Assembly (NCBI GenBank): GCA_019056785.1
Contig: DXJV01000073.1
Location: forward strand, 1,416 to 65,415
DNA from: Candidatus Heimdallarchaeota archaeon
GTDB lineage: Archaea; Asgardarchaeota; Heimdallarchaeia; JABLTI01
Reading direction: 5' to 3'
DNA length: 64,000 nt
The notes beneath the pieces were generated by a model. That model did no database searches. It was not told the DNA's origin and worked only from the letters and a program-made list of their open reading frames with translations. The position numbers and the translations under genes were made by a program. Positions within the stretch are counted from its first letter, which is position 1. Each line of letters opens with the position of its first letter. Positions 17,106 through 27,512 of this stretch are shown here, one piece after another.

Positions 17106-18971
17106 TCATTTCAATCGAGCAACTAGTAATTGGCCTTTGTTCATGAGTTTGATGATCTCTTGTGCAATTGAGGTTGCACGTTCGATTTTGATTTCACCTT
17201 TCTTACCAATGGAACCTGTAAAAAGAATAGCATCCCCTGCAGTAACTTCTATGTTTGCCCCTCTGAATTCTTCGGGAAAGCTGAGGATAATATGAGTCTT
17301 AGTAAAGCGAATGTCAATGGGGAGCTCGTCATAACGTTTTCCATCAGGAGAAAGGGCGGAAAATTCATCCGTAGTTGGAAATGGCTTAACATCAATTTTC
17401 ATACCTATCTTTCGTTCAAGTTCCGTTATAGTTTTCCCTCGACGACCAATTAAATGAGGTACATCTTCTGGCGGAACTTCAATTCGCAGAGAATTTCGTC
17501 CTTTTTTAAATACCTTTAAATGTGTAGTTGGGAGATATTTGCGGATAATTCGTTCGATTTGTTTTCGTTCTTGTTTATCTAATGGCCGGAATTTTTTCGC
17601 TCGTGTTTCAGCAATAGGAATAACTGAAACTTGCTCGCCAAAAACGAAGATATCATAGAGTAATTGATGTGTTTCAAAGTCACTTACTTCAATCACCGGC
17701 CGGGCAAGATCGCGTTCTTCCATACCACTGGGTACTTTAACAGTCATCCTAATTTCAAGTACATCACTAACATCACCATCTTCAATGAAAATGATCGTAT
17801 CTAAAATGCTTGGAATCATCCCCAGCTCAATCCGCCCAACAAACCGCTGGATAGATTCAATGGCTGTTGTTGCATGAATCACACCAACTAAGCCTATGCC
17901 GGCTAAACGCATGTCTGCAAATGCTTTGAAATCATCAGTTTTCCGTAATTCATCAAAAATCACAAAATCGGGACGAATAAGTAACATAATGTCAGCTGTT
18001 TTCCCAAAGTCGCCCGCCAAACTCGTATATTGAGAGACCTCGGGGCCAACCTGAAGGTCACGAGGCTTTTCAACTGTTTTTACGGTCTTATTAAGTAAGG
18101 CGTAGAAATCAGCGAGTGCTTGCGCAAAGGTGGACTTGCCAGCACCAGGGGAACCAGCAATAAGAATCCCTTCAGCACGCCCCTTAAGGCGATTAAGCAA
18201 ATTTGCCGAAAGAGTATAATCTTCAAGAGACAATTTCGTTATGGGTCGTACAGCAGTAATCTCTGAGGCATCTGAGAATGGCGGTTGGGCAATAACGATC
18301 CGCATAGCATTGAGTTGAATTACTTTGGCTCCGGGCTCATCCATTTCGATAAACGAATCAGGTGTCGAACGGGCAATAGCAAGGATGTCAGAAATTAATT
18401 CCTCTATCTCTTCAGAGGTTGTGGGCTCATCAGAAAGTTTGACCAGTTGCCACTCGCCTGGTTTGCCCTTTTTAGCTAAGGGAGGAACTTTCTCACGAAT
18501 ATGAACCGACATGGTATGGTCATCAAAATAATCAAAAATTTGCCGTAAGGGTTTCTTCTTGGGAACATTACGAAGATACTCTACAGCAATACCTTCAATT
18601 TCACACATGGAGACAAGGATCTTGTCACTTGTAAAGACCACAGCATCATGCTCTCGAGCAATATCACGAATTTTTGCATCCAGCTCACCCGAAGTGGCTA
18701 ATTTAATTTCATCAAGGGTAGGCCGCTCTCCGGCGAGTGTAATCTTAATCCCAAGGTGGTTGCACTCAAAACGCAGGTTTTTCAATTCATCTAAACCATT
18801 GAAGCCTTTTTGCCGGTGGTTGTTCGCAAGGTGTTCAATCTCACTAATAACAATGTGCGGAATGATGACTTCCTCAACCTTTTCTTTTAGCAATAGAATT
18901 TCATTTACAATTAATTGTCCAATAATTACACTTGTATCAGGCACTATTTTCAATAATCCGTACACTTCCAA
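17106..18971 (-). CDS. PIN domain - P-loop ATPase - KH domain protein (archaeal PilT-family ATPase, COG1855-like)
   Basis: N-terminal PIN (VPDTSVII...), Walker A GSPGAGKST, and a C-terminal KH motif GRRGKTITELERKIGMKIDV. Confidence 0.75.
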   Translation of the reverse strand: MEVYGLLKIVPDTSVIIGQLIVNEILLLKEKVEEVIIPHIVISEIEHLANNHRQKGFNGLDELKNLRFECNHLGIKITLAGERPTLDEIKLATSGELDAKIRDIAREHDAVVFTSDKILVSMCEIEGIAVEYLRNVPKKKPLRQIFDYFDDHTMSVHIREKVPPLAKKGKPGEWQLVKLSDEPTTSEEIEELISDILAIARSTPDSFIEMDEPGAKVIQLNAMRIVIAQPPFSDASEITAVRPITKLSLEDYTLSANLLNRLKGRAEGILIAGSPGAGKSTFAQALADFYALLNKTVKTVEKPRDLQVGPEVSQYTSLAGDFGKTADIMLLIRPDFVIFDELRKTDDFKAFADMRLAGIGLVGVIHATTAIESIQRFVGRIELGMIPSILDTIIFIEDGDVSDVLEIRMTVKVPSGMEERDLARPVIEVSDFETHQLLYDIFVFGEQVSVIPIAETRAKKFRPLDKQERKQIERIIRKYLPTTHLKVFKKGRNSLRIEVPPEDVPHLIGRRGKTITELERKIGMKIDVKPFPTTDEFSALSPDGKRYDELPIDIRFTKTHIILSFPEEFRGANIEVTAGDAILFTGSIGKKGEIKIERATSIAQEIIKLMNKGQLLVARLK

Positions 18972-19185
18972 TTAAGGGGTTCTTAAGTCCCAGATGCCAT
19001 TTCTGCTTTATAGTAAGTGCTTCTCTCACTCATCTTATCTAAATTTTTTTCTCTAGGTTGATATTTTTCATGCTGTTTTTTCAAATGATTTTTAATTTCG
19101 TTTTAAGTTATTTAATTAATAACATTTCAAACAAAACACAAGATATTTGTTTAAAGACCATTTTTCTAAAGAGTAAATTGAAACA

Positions 19186-19650
19186 ATGCAGAAGGTGGCT
19201 CCTATTCCTATGGCACAAGAAGGACTAGAAAAAGAGGAACAAATTGACTCTGCTGAGTCAGACATTGACTTTTCAAAACTAACTCCAGAAGAAAAAGATG
19301 CTTTGATCTTAGAGATGCACGCTGAAGAGATGATGGCAAAGCAAGCACTTGTAAAGAAAGAAACAAAGGAAAAGACGAAGAAACGAAAGAAACGAAAGTC
19401 TTCAAAAAACAAGAGTATCGCACCGGGCTTTGGTCCTGTTGCTGTTAAAATGGGAATTGCTATGACTTTAAGTATGGTTTTTGTCTTTCTAGGCCCCATA
19501 ATCTTAATTGTTGCGTTAATAGGAAAAGCAGGTGTGACACTTTTTGGAGAATTAGGCGACAAAATGTGGGTTAATGCATTAATCGGCTTATTTGGTGTAG
19601 CATTAGTGGTGGTGGCGGGCTATCTATTTAGATATCTTGTAAAAGATTAG
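19186..19650 (+). CDS. Hypothetical membrane protein (acidic N-terminus, Lys-rich linker, 2-3 TM helices)
   Basis: KKETKEKTKKRKKRKSSKNK followed by hydrophobic stretches GIAMTLSMVFVFLGPIILIVALIG and ALIGLFGVALVVVAGYLF. Confidence 0.4.
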   Translation: MQKVAPIPMAQEGLEKEEQIDSAESDIDFSKLTPEEKDALILEMHAEEMMAKQALVKKETKEKTKKRKKRKSSKNKSIAPGFGPVAVKMGIAMTLSMVFVFLGPIILIVALIGKAGVTLFGELGDKMWVNALIGLFGVALVVVAGYLFRYLVKD

Positions 19651-19683
19651 CCGATAATTTTTCCTTCCAATAAAAAAAGAAAG

Positions 19684-19887
19684 TTACCCCCCTTTCAATT
19701 TTGGGAGAACAATAATTTCATCATTTCGTTCAACAAATTGATTAAGGTCTGATGGTTGCCCATTGACAAGTATTACTCTTCGTTCCAAGTCTTTGACCCC
19801 TTCTTTCAATAAGAATTGTCGTAGGACCATCCTCTCTTCCGGGACGAATTTCAAAATGCTACTTTTTCCAGATTCAGAACTACTCAT
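19684..19887 (-). CDS. ThiS/MoaD/SAMP-type ubiquitin-like beta-grasp protein ending in Gly-Gly
   Basis: 67 aa. ...VILVNGQPSDLNQFVERNDEIIVLPKLKGG-stop is the typical ThiS/SAMP2 C-terminus. Confidence 0.6.
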   Translation of the reverse strand: MSSSESGKSSILKFVPEERMVLRQFLLKEGVKDLERRVILVNGQPSDLNQFVERNDEIIVLPKLKGG

Positions 19888-20024
19888 TCAGATTACCGCC
19901 GTACTGGTAAGAATTAATATTATTCTAAATAAATAATAATCTTTCCTATTATCTCTTTTTTAACGGTTAAGAATTTAAAAACACTTTCTCGGGTAAAAAT
20001 CACCCCCCAACTGCTGTTTGTCAT

Positions 20025-20615
20025 TCATCCAGGGTGGGGGAAAATACTATGGACAGCAGGCTTTCTTTTAGGACGTTTTTCTTTGGCTTGCATGACCTGA
20101 TCGTGAATCCATTGAAAGGCCTCATAAATCCCCAAACCAGTTCTTGCACTTGTTCGTTGAATGTGTACCGTTCGCTCAAACATGCTTGTTAGTTGAAATA
20201 GATGGATAATATATGCAAGTGAAGAAACTTGTGGGAGATCTTGTTTTGTTGCCAGGATTAGAATGGGAATGTTTTCATTCGGAAGGCTTCTCACAACTTT
20301 CATAAAAAGATCTTTTGCAGTCGGAAGTCGAACAATATCGCTAGAATCTACAACATAAATTAAAATATCTGCTTTCTGAATATACGCCGACCAAAATTGC
20401 CGAAAAACTTCCTGCCCACCAAGGTCCATTACAGAAAGCTTGAGTTTCTCCAATTGCAAAATCTCATAATTTACCCCCATTGTTGCGATAGTCTCACTAA
20501 AATCACCTTTCTTTAAGAAAGTAAGGATAGAAGTTTTCCCGGCATTGTCTAACCCACACATTGCAATCGTGACCTTTCGGTCAACTTTCCCAAAGAGTCT
20601 CGCAAGAAAGCCCAT
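20025..20615 (-). CDS. Arf/Arl-like small GTPase
   Basis: - N-terminus MGFLARLFGK
- GLDNAGKTSIL
- interswitch region
- MDLGGQ
- VVDSSD
- G4 reads TKQD instead of NKQD

Strong collinearity with eukaryotic Arf1. Confidence 0.8.
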   Translation of the reverse strand: MGFLARLFGKVDRKVTIAMCGLDNAGKTSILTFLKKGDFSETIATMGVNYEILQLEKLKLSVMDLGGQEVFRQFWSAYIQKADILIYVVDSSDIVRLPTAKDLFMKVVRSLPNENIPILILATKQDLPQVSSLAYIIHLFQLTSMFERTVHIQRTSARTGLGIYEAFQWIHDQVMQAKEKRPKRKPAVHSIFPHPG

Positions 20616-20710
20616 AGTAGTTCATCCACTCGAGTGACCATTCGAGCAGAACATTATGAAGAAAAATAAATATAAACTCCCCACTAAAAACAAACTTGTG
20701 TACTAACAAC

Positions 20711-21577
20711 CTAGTCTATCTTTTTCTTCGGAACATATAATCTGAAAATTTCTTCACTTTCACGGCTAAGAAGAATGTCTTCGCGTGATTGAAAGAGCTT
20801 CCGAAGCGAAACTGGTATTTGAAGCGCGCCAAAGGCATCTACATATACTGGTATCTTGTCATCGGAAACAAAGCCCCGGCGCACACTGGTAATCCTACCA
20901 TCAACTAGCAACATTGTTCGAAAACCGCGAGCAATCAGTCGCCGATCATGGGTAGCAAGTATCATTGTCACGCCCAAATCTTTGTTGATCTTTTCAAAAT
21001 AGTTGACGATTTTTTCAGAGGTCTGGGAATCAAGCTCACCAGTTGGTTCATCTAAGACCACGAGTTCAGGTTGATTAGCAAGCGCTACGGCAAGGGAGAT
21101 CCGCTGAATTTCGCCTCCTGAAAGTTGGGTGGGTTTATGATGTGCTCGATCTAATAATTCCACTTCAGTAAGGAGCTCTTTTGTACGAGCAATGCGGACC
21201 TCACGAGGTAAGCCCAAAATCCTCATCGGCACTTGAATGTTCTGAGAAGCAGTGAGTTCCCATACAAGATTCATTTGGGGTAATTGCCAAACAACACCAA
21301 CACGTCTACGTCGATAATCAACCATTTCAGCACGGGTAAATTTTGCGATGTCGGTGTCACCAACCATGACCATTCCTGCAGAAGGCTTAAGATTACCAGC
21401 AAGGATATTAAGTAGAGTTGATTTTCCGGATCCACTAGGGCCAACCACCAAAGAAATTTCCCCTTTATAGATTGTCATCTCGAGGCCTCGAAGGGCAGGC
21501 ACTCGAACACGATTCTTTTCATCAGCATAAATTTTGATTAAATCTTTACATTCAACAAATGTCTCAGCATTATTCAT
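20711..21577 (-). CDS. ABC transporter ATP-binding protein (MacB/LolD-like)
   Basis: GPSGSGKST, LSGGEIQR and LVVLDEPTGELD motifs. About 60-aa C-terminal extension. Confidence 0.9.
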   Translation of the reverse strand: MNNAETFVECKDLIKIYADEKNRVRVPALRGLEMTIYKGEISLVVGPSGSGKSTLLNILAGNLKPSAGMVMVGDTDIAKFTRAEMVDYRRRRVGVVWQLPQMNLVWELTASQNIQVPMRILGLPREVRIARTKELLTEVELLDRAHHKPTQLSGGEIQRISLAVALANQPELVVLDEPTGELDSQTSEKIVNYFEKINKDLGVTMILATHDRRLIARGFRTMLLVDGRITSVRRGFVSDDKIPVYVDAFGALQIPVSLRKLFQSREDILLSRESEEIFRLYVPKKKID

Positions 21578-24432
21578 ACTACCTTTAGCGAGCCTCCAAT
21601 CTTTTTATGGGTATTTATGAGGATAGGGATTATCGTACTGATAAGTCCACTGAAAAAGATTGCAAAAGTCGTCCATAGAATTTTTCCGGCGGGAAAAACC
21701 ATTTCATGTATAGGGACAACCACTTCAATTCGCAGGATTTTCATAATCATGGCTGAAGCAGCAAAGCCTAAAGCTCCACCCAACAACATGGTGAAAATCA
21801 AGATAATGATCGCTTCTGTAATGAAGAAAATGAATAATTGCCCCTGTTTTATGCCAAACGCTTTTAGTAATGCAATCTCTTTTTCACGTTCTAATCCTTG
21901 TACAAACATCATGACAATTAAAGTTGCAGAAGAGATAAGAATTGAAACAATAACACTAGAATTTAGCGCCCCAAAAAGAACAGTGGCTTTTAATGAGCCT
22001 TCAGAAATCAGAACAGCATCCTCTATATTTTCTGTACTGTGTTGAGTAGTGAGTTCAATTTCCTTTGCCACAGCAGAGGGGCTATAACCATCTTTTACTT
22101 TCACAAAAAGTTTGCCTTGGATGTCATAGTCATTACGAGCAATCTTATACGCAAGGGAAAGATTAGCAATAAGTCCAACTTTAATCTCACGGGAAGCAGC
22201 TCTTGGCACTTCGGTATAAAGAAGAGGCCAATAATCATAAAAAGCAGTTATAGTTACCGGATAAGTAGCAAGATAAAGATCTTCCTCAGTAGAATTCGTG
22301 TCACTAAGAGCCCAATTTTTGATAAGGAAGGTCCTATTCTCCCCTAAATTTAACTGTTCAATTTGTAAGCGTTGCCCCAGTACATCACTTTCATTAGTGA
22401 TTGTTTGTAAAAGTGATGCAATGCCTTGGCCATTGGTGTATTCGGGTTCTTGATAAGCAACCTTGCTAAAATTATCAAGCTCCACACCAAGAATGGTGAT
22501 CGAATAAAGCAATTCACTTTCAGTGTTTGCCACTTCTAAAAAGCCAACATATGTTGCAGCCTCTACCCCTTCAATGGCTTCTACAGTTTGTTTGTAAGTT
22601 GGGTTTTGAATGTCAACATTCTGGACCACAATGTCTGCTCCGAGATGATAATAGGAATTCTCCAAGTCATAGGCTTGATAAGAGTCGGGAACAATCATGG
22701 TGGCGATTGTTAAAGTAAATGTTAGAGTCATTAAGATAATCGTCCTCGTAGTGGAAGCCTTCCGCCGGACAGCATTCTTTGCTGCAACCGCACTCAATTC
22801 TAATCGGTGGATTTTCATCATTAGTTTTGAAACCCACTGAACAACAGAGGGATAAATGCGAGTGATAAACATTATCGCTCCGATAATAATCAAAATCGGT
22901 GCTGGGGCAGCGAAATAAAAGGCAAATTCAATGGCAGTTGCACCCGCACCACTGATTTGTGTAAGTGAAACAATCCACAATATCACACCAATAATCAAGA
23001 GGAGAATATCAAAATAGAATCGTTGCCAAAAAGGAATTTTCTCGGTTTGTTCTTGTAATATCTCTTCGACAGATGTCTTTGTTTTCCGCCAGAGAGAGAA
23101 AACATTTGAAAACCAAGCAAGGGCAAAGCCAACTCCAAGACAAATCCCAATAATGCGCCAACTTGGTTTTGGGATTGAAGCACTCGAGGCAAAGCTGAAA
23201 AAATTGTCACTTTTTAAAGCAATAAGTGTATATGGCCATCCAATAAGAAAACCTAATAACGTTGCAATAATCGCGAAAATTACTAATTCAAAAAGCATGA
23301 AGGAAAAAAGCATGCGACGAGACGAGCCACGCTGATAATAATTGTGGACTAATAAATCTCTCTGCTTTTTAATTTGATTTGAAGCAAAAGCGGTTAATGT
23401 TAAAGCCATTCCCAATGTTGGAAGCATAAATAACATTAAGAATGTCTGGAAAATCCGGTATTCTTTTTTAAAGGCCGTCAGAAGTGGGAGAATGTATGGA
23501 TTAACCTGTAGGCGATAATTTGGTGAATTATCACTTACAATGTTTATGAGGGATTCTGTTAAGCGATTAACATAAACTTGCAAATTGGCGATTTGTTCAT
23601 CGAGTTTGAATACATTGAATGATGTGACATCAAAAAGGATCCTCCCAAAAACACTGAATTCATTTTTCGACAGGGTGATGGTTGAAAGAAGGTTTGGTAC
23701 GTTCATGAAATCGGTAATGATCAATTCTTTTCCAAGGTTTAGAACTAGCGAAACGAGAGTTTTAAGTTCTACAGGTATAGGTAGCGAACCAAATGTTATA
23801 TCATCCAAATTAATGACCCCAGTAAAGTCAATAATCTGCCCCGCCGTGCCAATGCCGGCATCATAAGATTCTCGGGGATCATTGTTTTCAAGTGCAATGT
23901 AAAGATGATAGGTATCATTAACTCCTACATTGGTCTCTTCAATTACTTTTGAATTAGTTACCAAACAATATTGATTAAAACCGGGTGCTGTGCCTATTTC
24001 TAGCACGCTTTCTAACAAAGCAAGATACGCTGCATCAATACCAATTAAATAGGTGTCATGAAATTCAAATTCAGCTGTTTTTTCATTAAAGACCCGTAGA
24101 AACATAAACCGGTAAGTAACCCATTCTTGTGTTGCCAGAAGGTTAGACGATAACCCTGCATCTTCGAATTCATTTGTCACAGCAGATTCCAAAATGCCCT
24201 TTAATTCCATGCCAGACCAACGGATATCTTCAAGTTGAGTGTCAATTTGTGTGTTTGAAATATTTGAGCTGAACTCATTAAAGGCGTTGTTTCTGAAACT
24301 GTCTAAAAATAGGACATTTTGCGTCACCATGGCAATACTAAGTGCTAATCCAAGAATTGTTATTACAGCATATTTTCCACTTGAACCCATAAAATTAAGG
24401 TTCAATTTAAAGTGTTCGCTAATTTTTCCCAT
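21574..24432 (-). CDS. ABC transporter permease with two FtsX-like modules and large extracytoplasmic domains
   Basis: 952 aa. Repeated 4-TM FtsX-type blocks. ATGA-type overlap with the ATPase gene. Confidence 0.8.
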   Translation of the reverse strand: MGKISEHFKLNLNFMGSSGKYAVITILGLALSIAMVTQNVLFLDSFRNNAFNEFSSNISNTQIDTQLEDIRWSGMELKGILESAVTNEFEDAGLSSNLLATQEWVTYRFMFLRVFNEKTAEFEFHDTYLIGIDAAYLALLESVLEIGTAPGFNQYCLVTNSKVIEETNVGVNDTYHLYIALENNDPRESYDAGIGTAGQIIDFTGVINLDDITFGSLPIPVELKTLVSLVLNLGKELIITDFMNVPNLLSTITLSKNEFSVFGRILFDVTSFNVFKLDEQIANLQVYVNRLTESLINIVSDNSPNYRLQVNPYILPLLTAFKKEYRIFQTFLMLFMLPTLGMALTLTAFASNQIKKQRDLLVHNYYQRGSSRRMLFSFMLFELVIFAIIATLLGFLIGWPYTLIALKSDNFFSFASSASIPKPSWRIIGICLGVGFALAWFSNVFSLWRKTKTSVEEILQEQTEKIPFWQRFYFDILLLIIGVILWIVSLTQISGAGATAIEFAFYFAAPAPILIIIGAIMFITRIYPSVVQWVSKLMMKIHRLELSAVAAKNAVRRKASTTRTIILMTLTFTLTIATMIVPDSYQAYDLENSYYHLGADIVVQNVDIQNPTYKQTVEAIEGVEAATYVGFLEVANTESELLYSITILGVELDNFSKVAYQEPEYTNGQGIASLLQTITNESDVLGQRLQIEQLNLGENRTFLIKNWALSDTNSTEEDLYLATYPVTITAFYDYWPLLYTEVPRAASREIKVGLIANLSLAYKIARNDYDIQGKLFVKVKDGYSPSAVAKEIELTTQHSTENIEDAVLISEGSLKATVLFGALNSSVIVSILISSATLIVMMFVQGLEREKEIALLKAFGIKQGQLFIFFITEAIIILIFTMLLGGALGFAASAMIMKILRIEVVVPIHEMVFPAGKILWTTFAIFFSGLISTIIPILINTHKKIGGSLKVV

Positions 24433-24587
24433 ATAGCATTCAGCTCAAATGTATTTCACGGCTAATTGGCTTGCAGAGTATAAAAGATAGCTGGAATTTA
24501 AAGAGTTGCGATTACACCTAGAAAAAGAGAGAAAAATAAATGGAAAAAAGAAAGAGGATACTGAAGAAGGATTCTTCAATGTTCTAG

Positions 24588-24998
24588 TTATTTGGCATGA
24601 TTTGGATAGCCTTTCGGTCGGAATTTAAAGCCATACGTGATCACGCCTTCCTTACCTTCGCTCGCGATTTTTCGGAAGGCAAATTCCACAGGCATCCCAA
24701 TAGAGACGTCGTTTTGCTCGACAGCAACAACTTGAGCTGTTAACCGCGGCCCCTCTTCCAATTCAATAATTGCCAAACAATAGGGAATCCGGCTTTTGAA
24801 ACCCTTTGGAGGTGTATATACCCAAGTAAAAGTAACTATTTTCCCATAACCAGAAAAAAGATACTCTTCTAAGGGGGTAGTATTGCATTCTAAGCAACGT
24901 TCGCGAGCTGGGAAATAGATCTTCCCACATTTCGGACATTTGGCGCCTTCGAGCCGATAAAGAACTTTTCTTCGTCTCCAAACTCTTGGTACAGACAT
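24588..24998 (-). CDS. DUF35 Zn-ribbon/OB-fold protein (scaffold of the archaeal thiolase-HMGCS complex)
   Basis: CPKCGKIYFPARERCLEC zinc ribbon followed by an OB fold. Immediately downstream of the thiolase gene. Confidence 0.8.
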   Translation of the reverse strand: MSVPRVWRRRKVLYRLEGAKCPKCGKIYFPARERCLECNTTPLEEYLFSGYGKIVTFTWVYTPPKGFKSRIPYCLAIIELEEGPRLTAQVVAVEQNDVSIGMPVEFAFRKIASEGKEGVITYGFKFRPKGYPNHAK

Positions 24999-26162
24999 TC
25001 AATCACCTCGAGAAAAAACATTCACGACACAAGTCGCACCGGAGCCGCCGATGTTTTGGGTCACTCCGATTTTATTGTTGGTTACTTGCCGTTTTCCGGC
25101 TTCGTTTCGTAATTGATGAAAGATCTCAATCGTTTGATAGATGCCTGTAGCACCAACTGGGTGCCCTTTTGCTTTCAAGCCACCACTGGGATTAACCGAA
25201 ATGGTGCTATTTAAAGCCGTTTCACCTTCGAGTGAGATTTTTCCGCCTTGCCCCTTCTTACAAAAGCCCATGTCTTCCAAGGCAACAGCTTCAGCAATAG
25301 TAAAGCAATCATGAACTTCGACTAATCCAACATCTTTTGGTTGGATTTTTGCCATCTTGAAAGCCGTTTCAGTTGCCTTGCGAACAGACTCAAGTGTCGT
25401 TATTTCCTTTCGGTTATGAAGGGCAATTACATCTGTTCCGGCCCCAGAGCCAGTGACATATATAGGATCGTCGGTGTATTTCTTGGCAAGGTCCTCTCGA
25501 GTTAAAATCACAGCAGCAGCACCATCACTTATTGGTGAGCAATCAAATAATCGCAGAGGATCGGCAATCACACGAGAATTCATGACTGTTTCCATAGAAA
25601 TTGGCCGTTGAAATTGTGCGTCAGGGTTCAAAGCACCGTTGTGGTGGTTTTTCACAGCGATGCTGGCAAACTCTTCAAGCGTACTGCCATATTTATGCAT
25701 GTGGGCACGCATCATTAATGCAAAGAGGGCTGGAAAAGTTGCACCTGCACCCAGCTCCCATTCACCATCTGCAGCAGTGCCTAGAGCAGTGGTAACATCA
25801 CTAATATCAATTAGATCAGTCATTTTTTCCACGCCAACAACAAGAGCAGTGTCACAGTAGCCAGCATGAAGAGCCATCATTGCCACACGAAAAGCATTTC
25901 CACCGCTTGCGCAAGCAGATTCCACACGCAGAGCCGGTGCTTTCACACCAGAATAAGGGCCAATTAATGCAGAGAGATGCTCCTGTTGATTAAATAAGCC
26001 TGAGGACATGGAACCGACAAAGGTTGCACCAATCTCTTTCGGGTCGATATTGGTTGAGGAAAGTGCTTTAGCAATAGCTTCATCTGTTAAATCACGAAGG
26101 TCCCGCTCATACCACTCTCCAACCTTCGTATTTCCAACTCCTACCATAGCAATTTTCTTCAT
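24999..26162 (-). CDS. Acetyl-CoA C-acetyltransferase (archaeal thiolase)
   Basis: VESACASGGNAF active-site Cys region, HDCF, and GGSGATCVV C-terminus. Confidence 0.9.
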   Translation of the reverse strand: MKKIAMVGVGNTKVGEWYERDLRDLTDEAIAKALSSTNIDPKEIGATFVGSMSSGLFNQQEHLSALIGPYSGVKAPALRVESACASGGNAFRVAMMALHAGYCDTALVVGVEKMTDLIDISDVTTALGTAADGEWELGAGATFPALFALMMRAHMHKYGSTLEEFASIAVKNHHNGALNPDAQFQRPISMETVMNSRVIADPLRLFDCSPISDGAAAVILTREDLAKKYTDDPIYVTGSGAGTDVIALHNRKEITTLESVRKATETAFKMAKIQPKDVGLVEVHDCFTIAEAVALEDMGFCKKGQGGKISLEGETALNSTISVNPSGGLKAKGHPVGATGIYQTIEIFHQLRNEAGKRQVTNNKIGVTQNIGGSGATCVVNVFSRGD

Positions 26163-26180
26163 TTGTATTCCTCCATTTTA

Positions 26181-27242
26181 TTACATCTTGATTTTTCCTC
26201 GGTGTTTGGCATACATCGAGTAATCAAGATAGAATTTATGGTCTAAATAATCTTGAACGTGCGGTGTACTTTTCCGTCGTTCCTCGATGCCTTCTTTTAC
26301 AGTGTAAATGAACGCATCACTTCCGGCGCCTGAACCATATGATGCCATCAAAATTCGATCGCTAGGTTTGGCAATATCAAGTACCGCTGCAAGCCCAATC
26401 ATTGATGATGCAGAATAGGTGTTGCCAATATACCTCACTACCAAACTCGGGGCAAGCTGTTCTTTTGTAAAGCCTAATTTCTTTGCCGTTGCCAGTGGGA
26501 ATTTCGCATTGGGCTCATGAAAAACGCAATAAGCAAAATCCGAAGGTTTTGTACCGGTGGATTCCATAATATTTCTTGCTGCAGTAAGGACATGCTTGAA
26601 ATATGCGGGTTCGCCAGTAAATCGTCCCCCATGGGAGGGATAGGTTGCTCCTTCTCGCCGCCAAAAGTCGGGTGTATCGGTAGTAACACTTTCTGTATGG
26701 TCAATAGACGCAACAAGATTCTTGTCACCAATTAATAAAGCACAAGCGCCCGCACTTGCTGTATATTCTAAGGCGTCTCCAGGTCGCCCTTGGGAGCAGT
26801 CAGCGCCAATGGCTAATCCAAATTTCATTTCTTTGCTCTTCACAAGGCCATAACACATTTGCACACCTGCGGTGCCTGCTTTACAAGCAAACTCCAGATC
26901 AGCTGCCGTGGTGTCTGGTGTGGCGCCGATTGCTTCAGCCACAATAGTTGCAGTGGGTTTGACAGCATAGGGGTGACTTTCAGAACCAACATAAACTGCG
27001 CGGATTTCTTCAGGATTGATTGAAGCCATCTTCACAGCATTTCTTGCAGCCTCAACGGCAATTGTGGCGGTGTCTTCATCCATGTCCGGAACGCTCTTTT
27101 CGAAAACTCCCAGTGATTTACTCACAAGCTCACCTGGTTGCCCCCAAATACGAGCAATCTCATCAACTTTAATACGAAAACGAGGGATGTAGACACCATA
27201 GCCGACAATACCAATTTCTCTTTTAGTAGTCAATATGATCAC
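26181..27242 (-). CDS. Hydroxymethylglutaryl-CoA synthase (archaeal type)
   Basis: [14 protein letters not shown] and ACKAGT (catalytic Cys) motifs, 353 aa. First gene of the HMGCS-thiolase-DUF35 operon. Confidence 0.85.
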
Positions 27243-27512
27243 TTTAAGGGTTATTCAGTCTTAACTGTAGAACAAACTATACCTTTAGCTTCATAGTTGT
27301 AAAGGTGCTACAGTCGAGGCATATAGCAAGCTAATGGTCTATTTTAGTTTTTTGAATAGCTTCTAATAAAGCCTAGTTTTTCCTTCTTCCCCTTTCAAAA
27401 GATATAATAGTCCTTTTGTTCTATCTCTCTTAGTAAAAATCTTCCTAGCAAAATTCCGCATGAAAGCGTGTATGGTTGTTAGGATTAAAGAAATTTTTAT
27501 GAAGGTATCTAA

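Noticed and set aside
18559-18975. 138-aa + strand ORF overlapping the 5' part of the PIN-ATPase-KH gene
   Set aside because: The PIN domain encoded on the minus strand explains this region. The + frame product is Ser/Arg-rich with no recognisable motif.
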